A stretch of 64,000 nt of DNA from Spirochaetia bacterium (GTDB taxonomy: Bacteria > Spirochaetota > Spirochaetia > SZUA-6 > Bin103): the NCBI GenBank assembly GCA_965203515.1, contig OZ241907.1, positions 2,848,001 to 2,912,000 of the forward strand, in the 5' to 3' direction. Shown one piece after another: positions 8,905 through 17,828 of the stretch. How positions within the stretch are numbered: position 1 is the stretch's first letter; each line of letters opens with the position of its first letter. The translations under genes were made by a program, and so were the position numbers. A model generated the notes under the pieces. That model did no database searches, had not been told where the DNA came from, and worked only from the letters and a program-made list of their open reading frames with translations.

Positions 8905-9921
8905 TCACGGGCCAGTATCGCTTCGGACCGGCCCCTCGCCGATAAGCGCCAGGATTCGGTTCTTCAGTTTCGTGCGCAGCTCCTCCGGCCGGCTCCAGGC
9001 AGTGTGGTGATATTGCCGCGTGTCGAAGTGTATCTGGTCGATTGCATCTTCCCGACACGTATGAATGACCGGTATATTCAACCCGAACGCGAACCCTGCC
9101 TCGAAGTAGACGCCGCCTCTCGCGCCGCCTTCACCGTGGGTGAAATCAGCTACCAGAAACCGCGAACGTCTGATCCCGGCGATGATCTCATCGTCGATCT
9201 TGGTGACATCCGGCTTCCGGTCGATCCGCACGGGTCGGTATCCGGCGTCTCGAATAGCAGGCTCGATTCCGTTGCTGTAAACGTCGTTCATCTCGTCATC
9301 GAACCACATCGCCACGAACGCCTGCGCCGAATCAAGATTGGTCTTGACCTCCGCAAGCCGGCGATACCCGTCAACCGTCACAATACATACACATAATTTA
9401 TGCAGACTCTTGATCCAGCGCTGCTGATCATCTCTCAGATAACCCAGTAAATAATCAATTTCACCTGCCGAAGTCGACTCTGACCACGCCATCGCTTGCA
9501 TATAAATGTCCGTCGGCGGAGCCATGGAATCAAGCGTTACAGCGTCACCTATCGACTTCGACTGCTTCCCGATGAACCTGAGAAGTCTCTGGACGCGTTC
9601 GTCCACGTCCAGCGGCCGTGCTCTACGAGCGCGTTCGATCAGATCCTTGGTAACTTCCGGCACATACGCTTCATCGTTCTGGTTCCGCAAATCGACAAGC
9701 AGAGTCGTCAGACGCGCCCTTACGTCTTCATCAAGGCCGTGAAGTTCTACTACCGGCAATGGTGGGTCATCTTTGACGCTATACAATCCTCCTGCTCGTG
9801 GCGAATCCACTTTCCAGCGCAGATAAAATCCTCCACGTCTATCACCGACAGGGCTGTAATCAACATTTGCCGGACTGTCCGTCCATATCAGGCATCTCTC
9901 GACTTTCTCGTTCTCCGACAT
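8905..9921 (-). CDS. Protein with C-terminal nucleoside 2-deoxyribosyltransferase/TIR-like domain
   Basis: AFVAMWF...IRRSRFLVADFT...GGVYFEAGFAFGLNIPVI...HFDTRQY; GGAGG RBS; visibly lower GC. Confidence 0.8.
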   Translation of the reverse strand: MSENEKVERCLIWTDSPANVDYSPVGDRRGGFYLRWKVDSPRAGGLYSVKDDPPLPVVELHGLDEDVRARLTTLLVDLRNQNDEAYVPEVTKDLIERARRARPLDVDERVQRLLRFIGKQSKSIGDAVTLDSMAPPTDIYMQAMAWSESTSAGEIDYLLGYLRDDQQRWIKSLHKLCVCIVTVDGYRRLAEVKTNLDSAQAFVAMWFDDEMNDVYSNGIEPAIRDAGYRPVRIDRKPDVTKIDDEIIAGIRRSRFLVADFTHGEGGARGGVYFEAGFAFGLNIPVIHTCREDAIDQIHFDTRQYHHTAWSRPEELRTKLKNRILALIGEGPVRSDTGP

Positions 9922-10033
9922 TCAACCTCCTGAATACCAACGGCGAGCATGGGATCCTTGCGTCTCCAGAACTAATCGCTTGCTTGACGGAGGTGCCGTT
10001 GCGTTGAAGAAAGCGCAACTACTCGCTGAACGT

Positions 10034-10975
10034 TTACCGTGCGTTCCGGGCGGATACGGCGTCACGGTTGCGTACCTGCATCGTCTCCTCGCCCATCGAC
10101 ACCGCATAGATGCCGTTCCGAGTCAGATAGGTGATCACATCGTCCGGCAGGCGTAGCGACGAGAATACCGCCACCAACGGCAGCTCCCGGTACTCCGGAA
10201 AGTAGAGCCCGAACTCCCCGCTCTTCAGAAACTCCACGAATTTTTTCGCGTACTCGCTCAGCGCGGTCGACTTGGTCTCATTGAGCAGCACCGCCTGCGT
10301 CCCCACGTAGAGCGCGTCGAACTCGCGCCGGCAGTGCGGATCGTCGCTGCGAACGCGGGACATGGTGACGCTGAACGAGCGTTCGTCGCCGCAGCCCAGT
10401 TCGTCGCGCGCGATACGCCGCAGGCTGGGGGCCACGATGTCCTGCACGACGGTGCCCATCTTGTTGGCCAGCTCGCCCCAGCGCCGATTCATCGCTTTCC
10501 GATCTCGGGCCGCCTCCGCGCGGTCCTCAGCGCGGTTACGGGCCGCCTCCGCGCGGTCCTCCTCACGGGCTCGGGCCGCCTCCTCACGGGCTCGGGCCAC
10601 CTCCGCGCGGTCCTCCTCACGGGCTCGGGCCGCCTCCTCACGGTCACGGGCCACCTCCGCGCGGTCCTCCTCACGGGCTCGGGCCGCCTCCTCACGGTCA
10701 CGGGCCACCTCCGCGCGGTCCTCCTCACGGGCTCGGGCCGCCTCCACGCGGTAACGGGCCGCCTCCGCGCGGTAACGGGCCGCCTCCGCGCGGTCCTCCG
10801 CGCGGGCTCGGGCCGCCTCCTCACGGGCTCGGGCTCCCTCCGCCTTCAGCTCCTCGATGGCGTGCTCGATGCTGCGCAGGGAAGCCGCGTTCTGCTCCAT
10901 GAACCGTTCGAACAACAGCTCCAGGCGATCGGTCCTGTCTTCCAGCACCGCCGTCCGCTCTTCGAGAGTACTCAC
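10034..10975 (-). CDS. Coiled-coil repeat plus PD-(D/E)XK-like nuclease domain protein, copy 1 (DUF3782-like)
   Basis: Long EEAARAR/EEDRAEVARDR tract, WGELANKMGTVVQD, REFDALYV...LNETK; GTG start inferred from the ATG of copy 4. Confidence 0.8.
   Translation of the reverse strand: MSTLEERTAVLEDRTDRLELLFERFMEQNAASLRSIEHAIEELKAEGARAREEAARARAEDRAEAARYRAEAARYRVEAARAREEDRAEVARDREEAARAREEDRAEVARDREEAARAREEDRAEVARAREEAARAREEDRAEAARNRAEDRAEAARDRKAMNRRWGELANKMGTVVQDIVAPSLRRIARDELGCGDERSFSVTMSRVRSDDPHCRREFDALYVGTQAVLLNETKSTALSEYAKKFVEFLKSGEFGLYFPEYRELPLVAVFSSLRLPDDVITYLTRNGIYAVSMGEETMQVRNRDAVSARNAR
10502..10840 (-). repeat. In-frame tandem array of 21-bp and 33-bp units encoding a heptad/hendecad coiled coil
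   Basis: Recurrent cctcctcacgggctcgggccg / cctccgcgcggtcctcctcacgg units. Confidence 0.9.
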
Positions 10976-11048
10976 CGCATGACCACCTGTTCGGCACAGC
11001 ATACGTCCCTACGCGGTAGGCGGCAACCAGCGCGGGCGGTCGTAGGGC
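10976..11048 (-). repeat. Conserved upstream element of the PD-(D/E)XK gene family, copy 1 (GTAGG-containing hairpin, TATGCT -10-like hexamer)
   Basis: Identical to 11723-11795; CCCTACG...CGTAGGG inverted repeat. Confidence 0.85.
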
Positions 11049-11071
11049 GTTCGTCTAGCCGGCGCGGGCCG

Positions 11072-11722
11072 TCACCTGTCCGGCGGCGTACGCTTCCGGG
11101 CGGATACGGCGTCACGGTTGCGGACCTGCATCGTCTCCTCGCCCATCGACACCGCATAGATGCCGTTCCGCGTCAGATAGGTGATCACGTCGTCCGGCAG
11201 GCGCAGCGACGAGAATACCGCCACCAGGGGCAGCTCCCGGTACTCCGGGAAGTAGAGCCCGAACTCCCCGCTCTTCAGAAACTCGACGAATTCTTTCGCG
11301 TACTCGCTCAGCGCGGTCGACTTGGTCTCATTGAGCAGCACCGCCTGCGTCCCCACGTAGAGCGCGTCGAACTCGCGCCGGCAGTGCGGATCGTCGCTGC
11401 GGACGCGGGACATGGTGACGCTGAAGGAGCGTTCGTCGCCGCAGCCCAATTCGTCACGCGCGATACGCCGCAGGCTGGGGGCCACGATGTCCTGCACGAC
11501 GGTACCCATCTTGTTGGCCAGCTGGCCCCAGCGCCGATTCATCGCTTTCCGATCTCGGGCCGCCTCAGCGCGGTCACGGGCCACCTCCGCGCGGTCCTCC
11601 TCACGGGCTCGGGCCGCCTCCGCACGATCCCGGGCCGCCTCCGCCATGAACCGTTCGAGCAACAGTTCCAGGCGATCGGTCCTGTCCTCCAGCACCGCCG
11701 TCCGCTCTTCGAGAGTACTCAC
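11072..11722 (-). CDS. Coiled-coil repeat plus PD-(D/E)XK-like protein, copy 2 (short repeat tract)
   Basis: C-terminal domain nearly identical to copy 1; only ~4 repeat modules. Confidence 0.8.
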   Translation of the reverse strand: MSTLEERTAVLEDRTDRLELLLERFMAEAARDRAEAARAREEDRAEVARDRAEAARDRKAMNRRWGQLANKMGTVVQDIVAPSLRRIARDELGCGDERSFSVTMSRVRSDDPHCRREFDALYVGTQAVLLNETKSTALSEYAKEFVEFLKSGEFGLYFPEYRELPLVAVFSSLRLPDDVITYLTRNGIYAVSMGEETMQVRNRDAVSARKRTPPDR

Positions 11723-11795
11723 CGCATGACCACCTGTTCGGCACAGCATACGTCCCTACGCGGTAGGCGGCAACCAGCGCGGGCGGTCGTAGGGC
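11723..11795 (-). repeat. Conserved upstream element of the PD-(D/E)XK gene family, copy 2
   Basis: Identical to 10976-11048. Confidence 0.85.
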
Positions 11796-12051
11796 CAACA
11801 CCAAGTGGGCACGGCGGTCGTTCCGGGCGTACTACGGGCCTACCGACGTTCTGCGGGCGGTTCCGGAGCCGTCCACGAACTGAACGGCGGCTTGCCAGTC
11901 GATCAGCTTGCGGGCGGCGACCGCTGGCTCCGGGTGGGCGTGGCGTCGGCAGCGCTCATGCCGGCCATGCTGTCGCAAGATTTGTGCCGCGCATAGTCGG
12001 CGGTGATCTCCACCTACGCAGCGGCACCGGCCTTCCTCCCCGGCCCCCCGC

Positions 12052-12220
12052 CGGATACGGCGTCACGGTTGCGGACCTGCATCGTCTCCTCGCCCATCGA
12101 CACCGCATAGATGCCGTTCCGCGTCAGATAGGGGCCACATCGTCGGGCGGACGCGGGACAGGGGTGCTGAAGGAGAGCTCGTCGCCGCAGCCCAATTCAT
12201 CACGCGCGATACGCCGCAGG
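12052..12220 (-). pseudogene. Internally deleted remnant (copy 3) of the PD-(D/E)XK family gene
   Basis: Matches 11101-11195, then jumps to sequence matching ~11398-11474; catalytic core and 5' half are missing. Confidence 0.85.
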
Positions 12221-12249
12221 TTGACAGCATCTCCTCCATTGGTTATCAT
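12221..12249 (+). promoter_or_regulatory. Sigma70-type promoter for small ORF-mcrB-mcrC-like operon
   Basis: TTGACA (12221-12226), 17-bp spacer, TATCAT (12244-12249). Confidence 0.7.
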
Positions 12250-12310
12250 CAAAGCGAAAAGCGATGATCACAAAAACGATAATCATCTCAGAGACGGAGG
12301 CAGCACGCAA

Positions 12311-12463
12311 ATGAGCGCGAAGGATCATTGTACCGGACTCAGCAAGCACTTCAAACTTGGGTCCGCCAGACAAGTGATCGGCCGCAGACGGTATCGCGTG
12401 GCCGATTTAGAGCGGCTCGCTCGCCGTCTCGAACATCGAGTAGAGCATGGAGAAGCGTCATGA
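12311..12463 (+). CDS. Small 50-aa ORF, possibly excisionase/HTH-like, translationally coupled to McrB-like gene
   Basis: GGAGG at 12296-12300, ATG 12311; MSAKDHCTGLSKHFKLGSARQVIGRRRYRVADLERLARRLEHRVEHGEAS; ATGA overlap with next gene. Confidence 0.5.
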   Translation: MSAKDHCTGLSKHFKLGSARQVIGRRRYRVADLERLARRLEHRVEHGEAS

Positions 12464-14151
12464 CGAAGTTCGACTTGAAGACAACGGAGGGTCTCCATGA
12501 CGCTTGCCGAGAGGCCGAGCGGCGGCTCGACGAGTCCCCGAAGATGGTCGAAAAGATCGCGGATATCGCGGAATTTCTGCAGAAAGTGCAGGAAACGCCG
12601 GCCGAGGAGCGCGCGAGCGAGGAATTTCAGCGCCTCATCTGGGAACAGAATCCTCTCTACGATTTAACATACAACCATCTTTTAAGGCCCGGTCTCGATG
12701 CAGCGCTGACCGATCAGAAGTTCCGTGGATGGTTCCGCGACATTACCGATGGTCCTCCGGAAGACGTCCAGGGAAGGGCCACTTGGCTGGATGAACGCAT
12801 GCGCGAGGTAAGGGGACGCGTGTGGCCAGACAAGCCGCACGGATCGCCAGTCATAACCACGCGCGCCTTCTCCGTGCTATTCCCGTACGACTTTGCGGCG
12901 CACAAGAGACCGGGACGAACAGAGCATCTGTACGAAATCCTGAGTGGAAACAAGGACGACTCACATGACGCGCAAGTGAATCGGTGGCTCCTGGACCACA
13001 TAGAACGCGCGGTCGGCCAAGTGGATCGCGCCGACTGGAACGCCGTGGCCCGGCGTATGCTGCTACTCGATGTCCTGGTCGAGATCCACGGCGAGCAAGC
13101 CATTGTCCCCGCTTCCGCGTCTACCGACGGCGGTAGCGCGGACAATCTCGAGCAGCCCGATCTCGGTCGGATAACCGAGCACTTCGAGTCGGTCCGGGAG
13201 GCCGGCCGGCTCATCTTCGAGCGCGATGCGGTGGAAGCGCTTCACCTCGGCCTCTGGGCGCATGAACGGCGCCACTTCGCGGTGCTCACCGGGCTCTCCG
13301 GCACCGGCAAGACCCGACTCGCCATAGAATACGCCACGGCGCTGACCGGACCGACCGACACGTCGAACGATCGCCTCTGCACAATCGCGGTGCAGCCCGG
13401 CTGGCACGACCCGACGCCGCTGCTCGGCTACGTCAACCCGCTCGGCGGGAACCGGTACACGGCGACCGAGTTCGTGCGGTTCCTGATGCGGGCGGCCAAG
13501 AACGATTCCCTGCCGCACGTCTGCGTGCTCGACGAGATGAATCTATCGCACCCCGAGCAGTACCTGGCGCCGATCCTCAGCGCGATGGAGCTCGATGACG
13601 GCCGGATCGAGTTGCACGGCGAGGATGCCGGAGATTCCGGCATCCCGCCGAGTATTCGGTATCCGGGCAACCTCGTGCTCATCGGCACGGTGAACATGGA
13701 CGAGACGACCATGGGCATATCCGACAAGGTGCTCGACCGCGCGTTCACGCTGGAGTTCTGGGACGTGAAGGTGGACCGGTGGCCGGGTTGGGCCGGCAGT
13801 CCGCTGGACGATCAGGACAGGGAGTCGGTCAAGGAAGTCCTCATGCTCATCATGGCTGCGCTGAGCCCGGCGCGGCTGCACTTTGGCTGGCGAGTGATCG
13901 AGGAGGTAGTGCGGTTCATGGAGCAGCGGCAGTCACAGAGGGCCGACCTTTCGGTGGAGGCAGCGCTGGACCGGGTGCTGTACGCGAAGGTGCTGCCGAA
14001 GCTGCGCGGCGACGATGCTCCGCGGGTGCGGACCGCGCTCGACGGCTGCAAGGCCGCCCTTGCGGAACGGAATCTCAGTCTCTCCGCCGCCAAGGTCGAG
14101 GAACTGATCGGCGACCTGGATCAACTCGGCAGCTTCCGGTTCTGGCGTTAG
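12460..14151 (+). CDS. McrB-family AAA+ GTPase with unrecognised N-terminal domain
   Basis: GLSGTGKT Walker A, LDEMN Walker B, GTVNMDET and KVLDRA McrB signatures; GGAG RBS before ATG 12460. Confidence 0.9.
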   Translation: MTKFDLKTTEGLHDACREAERRLDESPKMVEKIADIAEFLQKVQETPAEERASEEFQRLIWEQNPLYDLTYNHLLRPGLDAALTDQKFRGWFRDITDGPPEDVQGRATWLDERMREVRGRVWPDKPHGSPVITTRAFSVLFPYDFAAHKRPGRTEHLYEILSGNKDDSHDAQVNRWLLDHIERAVGQVDRADWNAVARRMLLLDVLVEIHGEQAIVPASASTDGGSADNLEQPDLGRITEHFESVREAGRLIFERDAVEALHLGLWAHERRHFAVLTGLSGTGKTRLAIEYATALTGPTDTSNDRLCTIAVQPGWHDPTPLLGYVNPLGGNRYTATEFVRFLMRAAKNDSLPHVCVLDEMNLSHPEQYLAPILSAMELDDGRIELHGEDAGDSGIPPSIRYPGNLVLIGTVNMDETTMGISDKVLDRAFTLEFWDVKVDRWPGWAGSPLDDQDRESVKEVLMLIMAALSPARLHFGWRVIEEVVRFMEQRQSQRADLSVEAALDRVLYAKVLPKLRGDDAPRVRTALDGCKAALAERNLSLSAAKVEELIGDLDQLGSFRFWR

Positions 14152-14165
14152 GTTAGGTTAGAGAC

Positions 14166-15722
14166 GTGGCCGCCGACGGGATAACGCTGCGAGCTCGCGG
14201 CGAGGACGGGCTTCGCGAACTGGATCCGTGCGACCTGAACCGCGGGTTCTCCGAACGCCGGGAGACCACCTTCGTCGGGCCTCCCGATGGCGAGTGTCGG
14301 CTGCTGGTCGACGACGAGCCGCTCGCCCGAGTCGAGGCAGCCGGGAACGAGTGGAGGTGGCAACCGGGGTTCTACGCCGGCGAGGTGCGCGCCGAGTTGC
14401 TCGCTGCGGGCGATCGCTTGCTGGGGGTCTGGCGGTTGGACGTGAGCCCCGATCCGGGCAAGACCGGCCGCGAGCTGTTCGCGCGTATGGTCGACGAGAT
14501 CGTCGATTTCGACGCGCATCTGGTCGTCGGCGAGGAGCCGGCCCGCCGGCGGCTCGGCGCGCTTGGCGAAACCGACGATCCGCTCGTGCTGTTCGAGCGG
14601 CTGCGGAGAAGACGGCGCGATCTGGAGACGGCGCTGGCGGCGATTCGACGCGAACCGGTGAGCGTCCTGCGGTCGCGGCGACGATTTGTCCCGCTCCGGG
14701 ACGTGCGGCGGGCCGACGTGCGGACCGTCCGGTCAACGTTGCGCCAACCCGGCGCGCTGGCGGCGATTCGGCCGGTCGCCGGATCAATGCCACCGGCCGT
14801 CGAGCCGATCCTGGACGCGCCCGCCGTGGAGCGCACGCTCGACGCGCCGGCGAACCGGTGCATCCTCCACATGCTGCGCGCGCTGCTGCTCCGGTGCAGG
14901 AAGCTCGCCAAGTCGCTGGAAAGGCGCGCGAAGAAACAGGACGAGGACACGCGAACCGGCATCGCCAAGCGCGTCGATCGGTGGCGCCGGATCCTCGGCG
15001 ACATGGAGCGAGGGTTCACGGCCGCCGCGCGCCACCGGCCGTTCAGCGTAGTACGCCGGCCCGAGGTCACGGCGGCCGGACTCAACGCGGTGGCGGCGCA
15101 TCCACTCTACGCGCGGTTCTGGCGCGTCGGCTGGGAAGCGTTGCGGCGCGGCGTGTATCGGCTGGACCCGCAGGACCTGCTGCCGCTCAGCCCGACCTGG
15201 GAGATCTACGAACGGTGGTGCTTCGTCGCACTGGCAAAGAAGCTGCAGGAATGGCTCCCCGGTTTCGCGTGGACCACCTCGGGCGCCACCGACCGGCGCA
15301 GACTGACCGGCAGTCGCGACGACCGACGTAGCGTCACGCTTCATTTGCAGCCGACGTTCCGCAACACCAAGGGCTGTGAACGGGACGAAGGTTGGTCGGC
15401 CTCCCGCGAGTGCCAGCCCGATTTGGTAGTGACGTTGCAATCCGCCGGCGAGATGACCCGATTCGTCGTCCTCGACGCCAAGTACCGGGCACGCGCGAAC
15501 ACGATCCTCAGCGGCATGATGGAGAGCGTGCACCCGTACGCCGACGCGCTACGCTGGGGCACGCGCCGGCCAGACCGGACCCTCCTGCTGGTCCCGAACG
15601 CCGAGGAGGCGGCATGGCTGACCCGCGCGGCCTACGTCGAACAACACCGCACCGGTGTCGTCGCGCTCCGGCCTGACCTCGAATTACCCGATTGGTTCCG
15701 CGCATTTATCACCGGTACCTGA
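14166..15722 (+). CDS. McrC-like DUF2357 / PD-(D/E)XK nuclease
   Basis: DAPANR, WEIYERWCF, QPDLVV...VLDAKYR; directly follows McrB-like gene. Confidence 0.85.
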   Translation: MAADGITLRARGEDGLRELDPCDLNRGFSERRETTFVGPPDGECRLLVDDEPLARVEAAGNEWRWQPGFYAGEVRAELLAAGDRLLGVWRLDVSPDPGKTGRELFARMVDEIVDFDAHLVVGEEPARRRLGALGETDDPLVLFERLRRRRRDLETALAAIRREPVSVLRSRRRFVPLRDVRRADVRTVRSTLRQPGALAAIRPVAGSMPPAVEPILDAPAVERTLDAPANRCILHMLRALLLRCRKLAKSLERRAKKQDEDTRTGIAKRVDRWRRILGDMERGFTAAARHRPFSVVRRPEVTAAGLNAVAAHPLYARFWRVGWEALRRGVYRLDPQDLLPLSPTWEIYERWCFVALAKKLQEWLPGFAWTTSGATDRRRLTGSRDDRRSVTLHLQPTFRNTKGCERDEGWSASRECQPDLVVTLQSAGEMTRFVVLDAKYRARANTILSGMMESVHPYADALRWGTRRPDRTLLLVPNAEEAAWLTRAAYVEQHRTGVVALRPDLELPDWFRAFITGT

Positions 15723-15758
15723 CGGCGTGCCGCCACGGACGAGCGGGTGACGCCGGAT

Positions 15759-17828
15759 TCATGACCGTACGAAGATACCGGCGGCGCCCAGCTTCTTGCG
15801 TATCGCCGCGGTGAGGTCGCTCCCGGCGAGCAGCTCCACCGCGGTGGCGGAGAGTTGCCGGCCATTCTTGCCGACTGCGGCCAATACCCGCGCTGCGGTC
15901 TCGGCTTCGCCGCAGTCCACCACCACCGCCGGGCGCACGGCGATCCAACGCACCTCAGCGGCCCACGCGGCGACTTGCCGTTCCACGTTGTCCGGCAGCG
16001 GATGCTTCGACAACCGGCGCAGCGAGGCGACGATGCCATCCGCATCCCGGCCTGCCCTGACGGCGCGTTGCACCGACTCGCGGCGCAGGACGAACAACGT
16101 GCCGACCGCATCCGGTCCCTCCAGCGCCGCCGTCGGCTCCGCATAGGCGCGGGCCCGGAGCTGGGCGTCCGCCGACGGCGCCAGGAACACGATTTCGAAG
16201 TTGGGCTGCACCAGAACCTCGCCGGTATCCTCGGCCTCCTCGAACTCGAACCGATCCGTATCCAGCAGCAGATAGCGGCCGACAGGCGTGAGACGGAAGC
16301 CGACTCGGCCGCTGACGAGCCGCCCCAGCGTCACTCCTCCCAATGCCACCAGACGCTGGAAGAAGAAGGTGACCAATGTTGCCTCCCACTCCTCCTCGAG
16401 GATATTGACGACTTCGAGGGGCAGGAAGACGCCGACGCCGCCGCCTTCGGTCAGCGGATTGTTCTTGCTCCGCCACTCGATAATGAAATCGGTCAGAGTC
16501 ACCGCCGCGGCGCCCGCAATCGAGCGAAAGGCGGCAGCCACCGCTGCGCGGCATTCGATCGGCGGATACCACCGAGCTTCCGGACCGGGATCGTACGGCA
16601 GATAATTGAGGTGGGCGTCGAGGATCAACGGGCCGTCGCCGGCGGACTCATCCGCATCTTCGTCGTCGGACAGCGGAAATTCGTCATCCTGGTCGTCGTC
16701 GTCCGGCCACGGGAACTCGCCATCCGCGGCGTCGCGCAACGCGTCGAGCACCAGTTTGAGCCGGGCGCCGACGGCGAGGCCCAACCAGCGCCGCCCGCGC
16801 TCGGTCACCACCAGGCGGAGGTCCTTGCCGCGGTCACCCGCGACCGCAGCCAACCCAAGCTGGTGCACGGACGCCGCGGCGAGGTCGACCCGAACGCCGT
16901 GTGGCAGCGTTGTGCCGGAGGTGTCGAGCCAGGTCGGTAACGCCGTGAGTGCGCGGGCGATCGCGTTGCGGGAGCGCGCGAACAGCTCGAAGTGATCGGC
17001 GGCCTTGAGGCGCGGCGGCGCCGCGGTCGCCTCGACCAGCAGCATCGCCATGTCATCGATTAACAGCGGCCGGCAGAACAGCGCTTCGTCGCTGTCGAAC
17101 TCAGGCGCCGATTCCGGAACAGCGGCAAGCTGCCCCGCGCTGGGTGAGCGCCACACGCCGGCGAAGAGCCGCCCTTCCCGGTCGAGGCCGATCAACGCCA
17201 GCGCCTCCCGGCAGGCGAATGCCAGCCCCGGCGCCAGGACCTCCTCATCGGTGGTGCCGCGGAGCGCGGCGAGCAGCGCGGCGATGGGAATCGGCGTGCC
17301 GTGATAGAGCACCGTTGCGATCAGTTGACGCGCGCTGGCGACCGTTGTCGGCAGCGCCAGGCGCCATCGTCGCTGCGCGGGTCCCTTGGCTTCGGCGCCG
17401 GGCTCCTCCCGCAGAAAGTCGGCCACCCACTCCCCGCGGCCCATCTCCGCGGCCAGTTCGACGCGGCTGGTGTTGGTTCCGGCCCCGGAGCGGCTCAGCG
17501 CCGCGCAATCGCGCGGTGAGAAATGCGCGGTCAGGTAGTCGATCAGGCGTTGCGGGTCGCCGCGCCCGTAGTCTTCGAGTACCTGCGCGCGGGACAGCGC
17601 GCGCAAGACGCGATGGAAGTAGCGCCGCCGGCTCGGCACGGCATAGTACTTGCCGCCGGCCGGCGCGATCCATCCTCCGTCGATCAGTACCCGGACGCCG
17701 GCGCGGTGCAGCTCGTAGCGTTCCTCCGGCTGCATGTCCAGCCAGAGCAGGCGTTGGTTGGGCGGCAACTCGTCCCACTGCGGCAGCAGATCCAGGAGCC
17801 GCTCCCACTTGACGTCCGCCAGCTTCAC
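15759..17828 (-). CDS. XPB-helicase-associated protein (Helicase_C_3-type domain)
   Basis: C-terminal VLVQPNFEIV...RESVQRA...LPDNVERQVAAW; overlaps XPB stop. Confidence 0.8.
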   Translation of the reverse strand: MKLADVKWERLLDLLPQWDELPPNQRLLWLDMQPEERYELHRAGVRVLIDGGWIAPAGGKYYAVPSRRRYFHRVLRALSRAQVLEDYGRGDPQRLIDYLTAHFSPRDCAALSRSGAGTNTSRVELAAEMGRGEWVADFLREEPGAEAKGPAQRRWRLALPTTVASARQLIATVLYHGTPIPIAALLAALRGTTDEEVLAPGLAFACREALALIGLDREGRLFAGVWRSPSAGQLAAVPESAPEFDSDEALFCRPLLIDDMAMLLVEATAAPPRLKAADHFELFARSRNAIARALTALPTWLDTSGTTLPHGVRVDLAAASVHQLGLAAVAGDRGKDLRLVVTERGRRWLGLAVGARLKLVLDALRDAADGEFPWPDDDDQDDEFPLSDDEDADESAGDGPLILDAHLNYLPYDPGPEARWYPPIECRAAVAAAFRSIAGAAAVTLTDFIIEWRSKNNPLTEGGGVGVFLPLEVVNILEEEWEATLVTFFFQRLVALGGVTLGRLVSGRVGFRLTPVGRYLLLDTDRFEFEEAEDTGEVLVQPNFEIVFLAPSADAQLRARAYAEPTAALEGPDAVGTLFVLRRESVQRAVRAGRDADGIVASLRRLSKHPLPDNVERQVAAWAAEVRWIAVRPAVVVDCGEAETAARVLAAVGKNGRQLSATAVELLAGSDLTAAIRKKLGAAGIFVRS

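Noticed and set aside
10502..10840. Repeat tract as a CRISPR array or DGR template/variable repeat
   Set aside because: In-frame coding repeats; differences between copies are not adenine-specific and no reverse transcriptase is in the window
10334..12463. 709-aa plus-strand ORF
   Set aside because: Antisense of the repeat genes; only its last 50 codons have an RBS and promoter and are reported separately
14147..14161. GTTAG x3 between mcrB-like and mcrC-like genes
   Set aside because: Too short to interpret; probably slippage around the stop codon
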